From positions 1 to 41,060 of IMG/VR virus record IMGVR_UViG_3300023181_000018: a stretch of 41,060 nucleotides of DNA; one strand, 5' to 3'. The stretch is from a virus. The notes below the pieces were generated by a model. That model was not told where the DNA came from, did not search any database, and saw only the letters and a list, made by a program, of their open reading frames with translations. Shown in pieces: positions 7,792 to 13,926 of the stretch. Positions within the stretch are counted from its first letter, which is position 1, and each line of letters opens with the position of its first letter. A program made the translations under genes and the position numbers.

Positions 7792-8145
7792 TTATTGGTT
7801 ATTATAGATTTCGTTTGCCTTTTTTATTGCTTCGGTTGTGGCTTCTTGGCGAGTTTTACATTTATAAAATAAACATCCTGTTTCTTTATTGTAAACGCTA
7901 CTAAACTCTTTGTATCCATTGTGTTCCCATTCTATATTGAAGTTAAATTCAGTTCTGCAAGTGCTTACATATACACTTATATATATTCCAACAGAATCAA
8001 AATATTCTACAATAACATTTGTCTTAAAAAGCTCATTTTCATTATCGAAACAAAAAGGAAATTCTTTTACAAATTCTTTTAATGAAAAATTTAATTCTAA
8101 ATTATTTAAAAAATCTTCCTTTGCTTTTCCTGTGAGTAGTTCCAT
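7792..8145 (-). CDS. hypothetical protein (117 aa)
   Basis: ATG ORF packed 1-2 nt from its neighbours. Confidence 0.7.
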   Translation of the reverse strand: MELLTGKAKEDFLNNLELNFSLKEFVKEFPFCFDNENELFKTNVIVEYFDSVGIYISVYVSTCRTEFNFNIEWEHNGYKEFSSVYNKETGCLFYKCKTRQEATTEAIKKANEIYNNQ

Positions 8146-8147
8146 AA

Positions 8148-8453
8148 TTAATTTGGTTTAATGAGTTCGTAATTAGTTTCAACTGTGTTTGCGAAATCTC
8201 TTTCGACTTGGCTCAATGGTTTGTCGAAATCTGAATTGTATGGTTTGATATCTTTTATACCATCAATCAGAATTGTTTCTTTACGCAATCTTTCCTTTTC
8301 TTGAGCCATTTTATACATAAAATCAGCCTTAACTTTGTTGTAGAGTGTTACGCTTTCTTCAATGGTACTTTCTACCGTTAAAAGCTCTAAAATCAATTGA
8401 GCCTTGTTTTTCTGCTCGATGTTTCTGAAAATGTTTAAGAGTATTTTTTTCAT
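8148..8453 (-). CDS. hypothetical protein (101 aa)
   Basis: ATG ORF, tightly packed. Confidence 0.7.
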   Translation of the reverse strand: MKKILLNIFRNIEQKNKAQLILELLTVESTIEESVTLYNKVKADFMYKMAQEKERLRKETILIDGIKDIKPYNSDFDKPLSQVERDFANTVETNYELIKPN

Positions 8454-8464
8454 GGTTTTTGTTT

Positions 8465-8797
8465 TTAGTATTGAACATTATCTAGTTCTATTTGTATTTC
8501 ATCAATTTCAGATTCTAATTGTGAAATCTTGCTTTGTAGTTCCGAAACTTCATCTTTTAGATTGTCGTTTTCTTTTTCCAAATCCTCTTTGTCACAATAT
8601 AAATCATTACCCCATTCTCTTAAATCTGAATTTGCAGAACGAATTTGCTCTAAAATTTCAATTCCTTTTTTTACTTCTGATTGCATTTCTAAAAGTTCAT
8701 CAGAATTATTAACGTCGTATGAGTCTAAATTATTCAACACATCAATAACATTATTAATCATAGGGCAAGTATTTCCGATTGGTGCGTTATCTCTCAT
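8465..8797 (-). CDS. strongly acidic coiled-coil protein (110 aa)
   Basis: By my count about 28 Asp+Glu against about 9 Lys+Arg. Heptad-like C-terminus ...LKDEVSELQSKISQLESEIDEIQIELD. Confidence 0.7.
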   Translation of the reverse strand: MRDNAPIGNTCPMINNVIDVLNNLDSYDVNNSDELLEMQSEVKKGIEILEQIRSANSDLREWGNDLYCDKEDLEKENDNLKDEVSELQSKISQLESEIDEIQIELDNVQY

Positions 8798-9069
8798 TAT
8801 TCCAATGTTTTTAAAAATTTAGTAATCCTGTTTTTTAGAAACGTGTCATGTTTCTGTGCCGAATATTCCCTAATGAAAACTAATTCTGAATGTATGCTGT
8901 CTAAAAGCTTTTCATTTCGTCCAATAGCCTCCAAAATCTTATCTTCAAATCCTGTTTCCATTGCCTCACGGATTGTAAGGTCTTTTTCCTCTTCAGAATC
9001 TATTTCGGGTAGGTTCGATGGGTGCTGTGAGTTTCCAACACCTAAATGGTCGTGGTCGTAGTCGTTCAT
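8797..9069 (-). CDS. hypothetical acidic protein (90 aa)
   Basis: ATG ORF with a TAATG overlap with the downstream gene. Confidence 0.7.
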   Translation of the reverse strand: MNDYDHDHLGVGNSQHPSNLPEIDSEEEKDLTIREAMETGFEDKILEAIGRNEKLLDSIHSELVFIREYSAQKHDTFLKNRITKFLKTLE

Positions 9070-9070
9070 T

Positions 9071-9295
9071 TTATATAATATTAAAATTTGTGTCTATTAT
9101 AGTAAAACCATATTCTTTTTGATATTCAGAACATCCGATGCTTCCTACACCGAAATTAGTTTGTTTTTTATCTTTAATAACCATTGAAGTTGGACGAGAT
9201 AGATAGTTTTCGTGCCATTTTAATTTAGTTTTAGTCAATGTTTTTATTTTATCAAAGTCTGATTCATTTTGTATTAAAACCGATATTCTTTTCAT
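9071..9295 (-). CDS. hypothetical protein (74 aa)
   Basis: ATG ORF 1 nt from the downstream start. Confidence 0.65.
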   Translation of the reverse strand: MKRISVLIQNESDFDKIKTLTKTKLKWHENYLSRPTSMVIKDKKQTNFGVGSIGCSEYQKEYGFTIIDTNFNII

Positions 9296-9368
9296 AATGT
9301 CAATATTTTATTTCTAAATTTAAAAACACTTCTTCTCCGTTCTCAATTCCTTTGATTGATACTTTGGT

Positions 9369-9614
9369 TTATTTTAAGCCGTTTAACGGCACGTTTTCTA
9401 ATTTTAAGTATATTCCTAACTTAACTTCATTTCCTTCAACTGTTAGTGTTTTTTGACCTAAACTAACAGCTAATTCGAAAGTTAATTCAATACTTGGTTT
9501 AATGCTGTTTTGCGCCCTTGAAAGTCTTGAAATGTTTATACCTGACTTTTCCGATAACTCCCGAAGCGATAAACCGCTTTGCTCGATGTAGTTCTTTAAG
9601 ATGTTGTTTTGCAT
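9369..9614 (-). CDS. XRE/Cro-type helix-turn-helix transcriptional regulator
   Basis: LSLRELSEKSGINISRLSRAQN is a classic HTH_XRE helix-turn-helix. It is the second gene after the promoter at 9878..9885. Confidence 0.75.
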   Translation of the reverse strand: MQNNILKNYIEQSGLSLRELSEKSGINISRLSRAQNSIKPSIELTFELAVSLGQKTLTVEGNEVKLGIYLKLENVPLNGLK

Positions 9615-9621
9615 TTATTGT

Positions 9622-9840
9622 CTATTTAAGTTGTTTTGAAACCTTATCTTTTACTTCTGCTGAAAAGAATGTCATACTTTGATGAACGTAATCAAATCCG
9701 TGTTTTTTGTCCATTACCCAACCACTCATTACTATATCTCCTTCTGGAACTAATTTTAAATTAAAATTAGAACACATTTTGTTTACAGTTAATTCAAAAG
9801 TTATTAATTTTTTTCCTGCCTTTATGGTTATTGGTTTCAT
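9622..9840 (-). CDS. hypothetical protein (72 aa), first gene of the early operon
   Basis: ATG 38 nt downstream of the -7 box. Confidence 0.65.
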   Translation of the reverse strand: MKPITIKAGKKLITFELTVNKMCSNFNLKLVPEGDIVMSGWVMDKKHGFDYVHQSMTFFSAEVKDKVSKQLK

Positions 9841-9877
9841 AATTTCTATTTTTTAATTGTTGTTTTTAATTCTGATA

Positions 9878-9885
9878 CAAATATA
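9878..9885 (-). promoter_or_regulatory. Bacteroidetes-type -7 promoter box TATATTTG (early operon)
   Basis: caaatata on the plus strand, in a 239-nt intergenic region. Confidence 0.6.
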
Positions 9886-9891
9886 CATCTT

Positions 9892-9916
9892 GTTTTCTTA
9901 TTTCAAAATAGAAAAC
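9892..9916. promoter_or_regulatory. Inverted repeat GTTTTCT-N11-AGAAAAC overlapping the -33 region of the early promoter (operator candidate)
   Basis: 7-bp perfect arms at 9892-9898 and 9910-9916. Confidence 0.35.
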
Positions 9917-9942
9917 ATATATTTAACAAAACATTAACAAAT

Positions 9943-9970
9943 AAAAAACCCGACTATCTCTAATCGGGTT
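9943..9970 (-). terminator. Rho-independent terminator
   Basis: Minus sense AACCCGAUUAGAGAUAGUCGGGUUUUUU: a 7-bp stem (one U.G wobble, minus sense only), a 6-nt loop and a U6 tail. Confidence 0.7.
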
Positions 9971-10008
9971 AACCAAAAACAATACAAAAACATGAAACTA
10001 TGAAAATC
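9943..10008 (-). ncRNA. Candidate ~65-nt small RNA (orphan promoter followed directly by a terminator)
   Basis: The -7 box at 10015..10022 has no ORF downstream. The terminator at 9943..9970 follows about 45 nt later. Confidence 0.3.
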
Positions 10009-10014
10009 ACTTGT

Positions 10015-10022
10015 CAAATATA
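10015..10022 (-). promoter_or_regulatory. Bacteroidetes-type -7 box TATATTTG with no downstream ORF
   Basis: caaatata on the plus strand, between the stop of 10080..10457 and the terminator at 9943..9970. Confidence 0.45.
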
Positions 10023-10079
10023 AACAAAAAAGAGTTCTCTTTGTTATCAGGAACGCTTTTTCTAATTAACCAACCAAAA

Positions 10080-10457
10080 TTATTTTCTTATAACCATAAG
10101 ATACATTATGACTATAACTATGTTATGTAACAATTGATCGAATCCAAATACATACCAATGAACAGGCTTTTTATTATCTGTTACGTTTGGGAAAAAATAA
10201 TTTATATTACCCTTTAGTGTATCTATAATAAAATGCGTTATCAGTTGTAATAAAAATAAATTTATCAATGTATTAATATTTGTGTAAAAGTATAAAAAAC
10301 CACACATCAATAACGCGTGTACCAATGCGTGACAAAATATAGGAAACAAAGGCTTGCCCAAATATTTTGCTTTAAGCATCCAGGGAGTAGATAAATGCGT
10401 GAAGTCAGCCAAATAATGGAATGCGAACAAACCAATAATAATTATAAAGTTATCCAT
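10080..10457 (-). CDS. polytopic membrane protein, DUF3307-like
   Basis: About four hydrophobic spans. Motifs HYLADF...W, HFIIDTLK and FGFDQLLH resemble the DUF3307 family (from memory). It has its own promoter at 10555..10562. Confidence 0.55.
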   Translation of the reverse strand: MDNFIIIIGLFAFHYLADFTHLSTPWMLKAKYLGKPLFPIFCHALVHALLMCGFLYFYTNINTLINLFLLQLITHFIIDTLKGNINYFFPNVTDNKKPVHWYVFGFDQLLHNIVIVIMYLMVIRK

Positions 10458-10554
10458 GATAATATATTTAATTCAAAATGTAATAAAAAAACCCATCAAG
10501 TGACAGGTTTTTTTTGGAATCTAAAACTTTGGACGGTATTTGATTTCAATAATA

Positions 10555-10562
10555 CAAATATA
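10555..10562 (-). promoter_or_regulatory. Bacteroidetes-type -7 promoter box TATATTTG
   Basis: caaatata on the plus strand, 98 nt upstream of the ATG at 10457. Confidence 0.55.
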
Positions 10563-10563
10563 G

Positions 10564-10974
10564 TTATTTTTTCAATATAATGATAACTGCAATTGCAATT
10601 ATTACCCAAAGAAACGGATTGTCAAAATATTTTTCCTCTTTGGTTTTTTCTTTGGTTATAGTTTGATCGTTTAAAGTTCTTATTTCATTCCGTAAAAGCT
10701 CTATTTCCGCACCGATGCAGTCTGACTTTGATATATTGCCGTTATTGTCATAATAAGTCTTTAAAACAGTTCCTTGACGGCTTACGGTGGTTATTACGGT
10801 ATCTTTGTATTTAATAACCGGCACAATATAAGTCACCGTATCGCCTTTGCGTATTTCCTTTGTTTCGATCCGCTCGGTAAAATCAATATCGTTCTTTTGC
10901 TTTGATGCTTCCTTTTGGATCTCGCAGGATTGAAGTAAAATAGCTATTAGAATTATTTTAATTATTATTTTCAT
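10564..10974 (-). CDS. lipoprotein with C-terminal transmembrane anchor (unimolecular-spanin-like architecture)
   Basis: N-terminal signal MKIIIKIILIAILLQS|C with a lipobox-like LQSC; C-terminal TM FLWVIIAIAVIIIL followed by KK; 136 aa. Confidence 0.6.
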   Translation of the reverse strand: MKIIIKIILIAILLQSCEIQKEASKQKNDIDFTERIETKEIRKGDTVTYIVPVIKYKDTVITTVSRQGTVLKTYYDNNGNISKSDCIGAEIELLRNEIRTLNDQTITKEKTKEEKYFDNPFLWVIIAIAVIIILKK

Positions 10975-11137
10975 CTATTATAGTTAAAGTGTTTGCCTCT
11001 TTTAATCCGTATTGATATTTGCAATTATCGCATTTATGTATTTTAATATCGACTCCGTTCCTAGTTTGTTTTAAATGTCTTTTAATTTTACCTATAAAGC
11101 ATTTACCACACTTGAATAATTCTATAATTTGTTTCAT
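10958..11137 (-). CDS. zinc-ribbon protein (59 aa)
   Basis: CGKC...CDNC. The track start at 11233 is TTG and would read through a terminator and promoter. The ATG (MKQIIELF) at 11135-11137 is 22 nt below the -7 box. Confidence 0.6.
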   Translation of the reverse strand: MKQIIELFKCGKCFIGKIKRHLKQTRNGVDIKIHKCDNCKYQYGLKEANTLTIIDENNN

Positions 11138-11158
11138 AATTTTATTTTTTAGTTTAAG

Positions 11159-11166
11159 CAAATATA
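11159..11166 (-). promoter_or_regulatory. Bacteroidetes-type -7 promoter box TATATTTG
   Basis: caaatata on the plus strand, immediately downstream (minus sense) of the terminator at 11170..11197. Confidence 0.6.
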
Positions 11167-11169
11167 AAT

Positions 11170-11197
11170 AAAAAAAGCCTCTCTGATGAAAGGCTTT
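11170..11197 (-). terminator. Rho-independent terminator (copy A of a repeated hairpin)
   Basis: Minus sense AAAGCCUUUCAUCAGAGAGGCUUUUUUU. Near-identical to 11489..11516. Confidence 0.75.
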
Positions 11198-11205
11198 AAG
11201 TTTTG

Positions 11206-11433
11206 TTATTTTTCTGCTTTTTCGAAAGTGCAAACATATTCTTCTCCTGCTTCAAAAAAGTCTAATGCTTCGGGATTTGTAATGTGCATTTTAACCGTTG
11301 CATTTGGAGTGTAAATACTAAATGTTTTGTTTTCTTCCGAAGTGTTTGTAACGGCTGAAAGATTTGCCTCGATGTTACTGTTTCCAAAGTCTGTTACTGA
11401 ACCTACCTTGAACTTTGCTAATAATTTTCTCAT
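11206..11433 (-). CDS. hypothetical protein (75 aa) in a stand-alone promoter-gene-terminator cassette
   Basis: ATG 33 nt below the -7 box at 11466..11473. The terminator begins 9 nt after the stop. Confidence 0.7.
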   Translation of the reverse strand: MRKLLAKFKVGSVTDFGNSNIEANLSAVTNTSEENKTFSIYTPNATVKMHITNPEALDFFEAGEEYVCTFEKAEK

Positions 11434-11465
11434 TTTAATTACTTATTTTTTTAAATTGTTAGCCA

Positions 11466-11473
11466 CAAATATA
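11466..11473 (-). promoter_or_regulatory. Bacteroidetes-type -7 promoter box TATATTTG
   Basis: caaatata on the plus strand. Confidence 0.6.
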
Positions 11474-11488
11474 GGAAATGTTTTCAAT

Positions 11489-11516
11489 AAAAAAAGCCTA
11501 TCGGATGAAAGGCTTT
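11489..11516 (-). terminator. Rho-independent terminator (copy B of a repeated hairpin)
   Basis: Minus sense AAAGCCUUUCAUCCGAUAGGCUUUUUUU. Confidence 0.75.
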
Positions 11517-11534
11517 ATTTTTATAATTTTCGAT

Positions 11535-11627
11535 CTAATTTTTAACTGTATATTCAGTTAGCTTAATTTCCCTTTTGACTTGCAAATCTAACAGCCATAA
11601 TCGGGTTTGTTCGGAGTTGTGTTTCAT
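11535..11627 (-). CDS. possible 30-aa micro-ORF
   Basis: Hand translation MKHNSEQTRLWLLDLQVKRELKLTEYTVKN, located between the -7 box at 11692..11699 and terminator copy B. Confidence 0.25.
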   Translation of the reverse strand: MKHNSEQTRLWLLDLQVKREIKLTEYTVKN

Positions 11628-11691
11628 TACTTCATGATTTTAGTTTTTTGGTTAATGTTTAAAAAGTCAATTTTTTATTTTTTATAGATTC

Positions 11692-11699
11692 CAAATATA
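11692..11699 (-). promoter_or_regulatory. Bacteroidetes-type -7 promoter box TATATTTG
   Basis: caaatata on the plus strand, 41 nt after the endolysin stop. Confidence 0.5.
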
Positions 11700-11739
11700 G
11701 TAAACTTTTCAATACAACCTAATGAAGTTGTGAAATATT

Positions 11740-12219
11740 TTAAGTTAGTATTGGATAATCTCCGTTTTTGGTTCGTTCAATCAATTGTTTTGTGGTAAAC
11801 CCGAATGTTTTTTCAAAGTGCGGATAATCCTTGAATGATTTGAAGTTACCGCCCCAGAACCAGCCACAATTTTTAAAGTACTGAACAACGGCTAAAAAGT
11901 CATTATTCAACTCCCATGATGCAGTTTCAAATGTTCCATTTTTATCTTTGTCGTAAAGCAAAACAATATCAATTGCTAATCCAAAGTTATGGAACGATTG
12001 ACCTCCTTTTGCATTTGTTACAATATTGCCCGGCTTTGTACGTCCCAAAGCATATAAATCGTTTTGCTCGTGAATTGTTCTTAATGTATGGCTGAAACGC
12101 AACCTTACGTGTTTTCCGAGTAGTTTTTCGTTTGCGTGAGTGTACATCTCCAAAGCTTCTTTTCTTATGCTTGGATGCAGTAATTGAATCCTGTCTACTG
12201 TGATTTGATCTAAAGCCAT
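11740..12219 (-). CDS. endolysin, peptidase M15 family (VanY / L-alanyl-D-glutamate peptidase-like)
   Basis: Zinc-ligand style motifs SFHNFGLAIDIV and DYPHFE. It is the last gene after a run of membrane-protein genes. Confidence 0.8.
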   Translation of the reverse strand: MALDQITVDRIQLLHPSIRKEALEMYTHANEKLLGKHVRLRFSHTLRTIHEQNDLYALGRTKPGNIVTNAKGGQSFHNFGLAIDIVLLYDKDKNGTFETASWELNNDFLAVVQYFKNCGWFWGGNFKSFKDYPHFEKTFGFTTKQLIERTKNGDYPILT

Positions 12220-12223
12220 ATTT

Positions 12224-12583
12224 CTATTTTTTACCTGTTAAAAAGTTAATTAAGAATGTTCTTCCTGCATCTACCAAACTGCCTAATAAAACATCTACAT
12301 TTAGTTTGTATAATGCGTATTCAACAATCTTTTCACTCGTAATCGCCACCGTTGCTATAACAAGCGGTTGTATATCTGAATCAATAAATCTATTTACTAA
12401 TCCTGATGATAGCCAAGCTAATCCAACACCTGATATAATGGATATAACTGCCCTCTTAATTGTCATTTGTTTCGTTCCCATTTCTACAGCTATTTTTACA
12501 CTAACCCCGACTAATGCAGGAATTAGTACTTTAACAAACAGTGCCAGTGTTTCATCTATTATCGGTAGGTTTTTTTCTGGCAT
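12224..12583 (-). CDS. holin candidate (119 aa, multi-TM)
   Basis: Hydrophobic spans LALFVKVLIPALVGVSV, AVISIISGVGLAWLSSGLV and PLVIATVAI. It lies immediately upstream of the endolysin. Confidence 0.5.
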   Translation of the reverse strand: MPEKNLPIIDETLALFVKVLIPALVGVSVKIAVEMGTKQMTIKRAVISIISGVGLAWLSSGLVNRFIDSDIQPLVIATVAITSEKIVEYALYKLNVDVLLGSLVDAGRTFLINFLTGKK

Positions 12584-12923
12584 AATTCTTAATAGTAAAA
12601 TAAGTTATAATAAGGGTAAATAACAATTCGTTTAACTGTAATTTAGTATTATCGAACCACAATTCGTCTGCTAAATTATTCAAAGATATGCAAAATAAAA
12701 AAAATGCAATCCAAAGTTTTTTGAAATTTATAAATATGAATAAGCAAATAATTGAAATAAATAAAGCATTCCCTCGTTGAAACAAGAGAATGCTTTCATC
12801 TTCTGTTAATCCTAATCTATCCCAAAAAAGAAAAGTCAAGACTATGATTATAGTTGCAATATTTAATAATTGCTTATACACGCCTTTTCGGTCTAGTTCC
12901 GATAAGTTCCAATTCGGCATCAT
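12552..12923 (-). CDS. multi-TM membrane protein (lysis-cassette associated)
   Basis: The track start at 12926 is TTG, with ATGs at 12923 and 12920. Several hydrophobic spans. It has a 32-nt overlap with the holin candidate. Confidence 0.5.
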   Translation of the reverse strand: MMPNWNLSELDRKGVYKQLLNIATIIIVLTFLFWDRLGLTEDESILLFQRGNALFISIICLFIFINFKKLWIAFFLFCISLNNLADELWFDNTKLQLNELLFTLIITYFTIKNYARKKPTDNR

Positions 12924-13013
12924 CAAGCACTTTCATAGCTTTTTCAATTGCTTCTTTTTGTGCTGGTGTAGCGTCTACTTCAATGTAAGTTTTCATTTCA
13001 ATTTATTTAAAGG

Positions 13014-13250
13014 TTATTTTTCAATCTCTACTCCGAACATCTTTGACAATCCCCATACAACAGCATCGAGTGATTTAATTCCCAACATAAGTTCATACTT
13101 AAAACCTTCGTCAACAATGTTTGTTTCTGCAATGAATATCGTAATTGCACCTGTCAATACAAATGTAATTCTAAACATATTCTTGGCCCAAGTTGGGGTA
13201 GGTGTTTCAAATGCCTTTGCTGTAAAGGCGTGTGTAGTTCTTTTTTTCAT
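13014..13250 (-). CDS. small membrane protein (78 aa), holin/antiholin candidate
   Basis: Hydrophobic span ITFVLTGAITIFIA plus an amphipathic C-terminus. Its position is in the lysis region. Confidence 0.45.
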   Translation of the reverse strand: MKKRTTHAFTAKAFETPTPTWAKNMFRITFVLTGAITIFIAETNIVDEGFKYELMLGIKSLDAVVWGLSKMFGVEIEK

Positions 13251-13251
13251 A

Positions 13252-13914
13252 TCATTTCTGTGTTATGAGCACATCTACAGAAGCGCCGTTTACATTGCTC
13301 CAAGTCGGCAATAATCCTACAACATCGGTTCGATTCCTGACCGTTACCGTAAAACCTGTAGTGCCTATTGACGTAATCCTAATATTTTGATTATCGGGTG
13401 CGCCAATAATATTGGCTTGTATGTTTGGGGCGACTGAATAGGAATTTGAAAATACGACCGTATATTGACCGCTGGCGTTTGTAGTTCCTGAATAGGTTTC
13501 TTGTCTTTTTGCCGTTGTACTTATGACTCCTGATGAAATATCGATACCTGTTCCTGCAGTATAATTTATTGGATCTGTATATCCTGTTATTTCAGAAGTA
13601 GAATAGATTGGCTTTAATGGTTGTTTCGCCCAACTTGAAATATCAGATGTATTTAATTTTGTATTCAGGCTGTCGCTTAAATGCCAAACCTGCTCCTGCT
13701 TTACTTTTAAAAGTTCTTTTGGGTATAATCTAAAGTGATAATCCCAATTTCCATAACCGTACTCTGTGATGCTATCAAGTACCATAAAGTGCATGAATCT
13801 TTCCGTGTCGTAATTTACCGTTGTGCCATCAAGAGTTACAGGCTCGTAAAAATACTGCGCCTTTGCCGTCAAAAAGCTAAAAGCTAATAATAAAAATAAA
13901 ATAATTCTTTTCAT
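13252..13914 (-). CDS. signal-peptide-bearing tail-fibre-like / lectin-like protein (220 aa)
   Basis: N-terminus MKRIILFLLLAFSFLTAKA|Q is a typical Sec signal. SWAKQPLKPIYSTSEITG is a fibre-type motif. The C-terminus FSNSYSVAPNIQANIIG...TTGFTVTVRN resembles H-type-lectin / fibre-tip domains (from memory). Confidence 0.6.
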   Translation of the reverse strand: MKRIILFLLLAFSFLTAKAQYFYEPVTLDGTTVNYDTERFMHFMVLDSITEYGYGNWDYHFRLYPKELLKVKQEQVWHLSDSLNTKLNTSDISSWAKQPLKPIYSTSEITGYTDPINYTAGTGIDISSGVISTTAKRQETYSGTTNASGQYTVVFSNSYSVAPNIQANIIGAPDNQNIRITSIGTTGFTVTVRNRTDVVGLLPTWSNVNGASVDVLITQK

Positions 13915-13926
13915 CTGTAAAAATAT

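Noticed and set aside
9296-9368. 21 open codons in frame after the TAA of the XRE-HTH gene
   Set aside because: The stretch is short enough to be chance in this gap. It has no start codon apart from a GTG giving 9 aa, and it ends 4 nt before the next ATG without overlap coupling.
9369-9614. Lysogeny module (the XRE-type regulator as a CI/Cro switch)
   Set aside because: The window holds no integrase, excisionase, partition or transposase gene and no divergent repressor gene. A single Cro-like HTH protein inside a unidirectional early operon is not evidence of temperate behaviour.
10486-10518. A-run/T-run flanked sequence AAAAAAACCCATCAAGTGACAGGTTTTTTTT as a terminator
   Set aside because: The stem is only 5 of 7 pairs, with two internal mismatches. 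It lies between the promoter at 10555..10562 and the gene it should drive. I left it unannotated.
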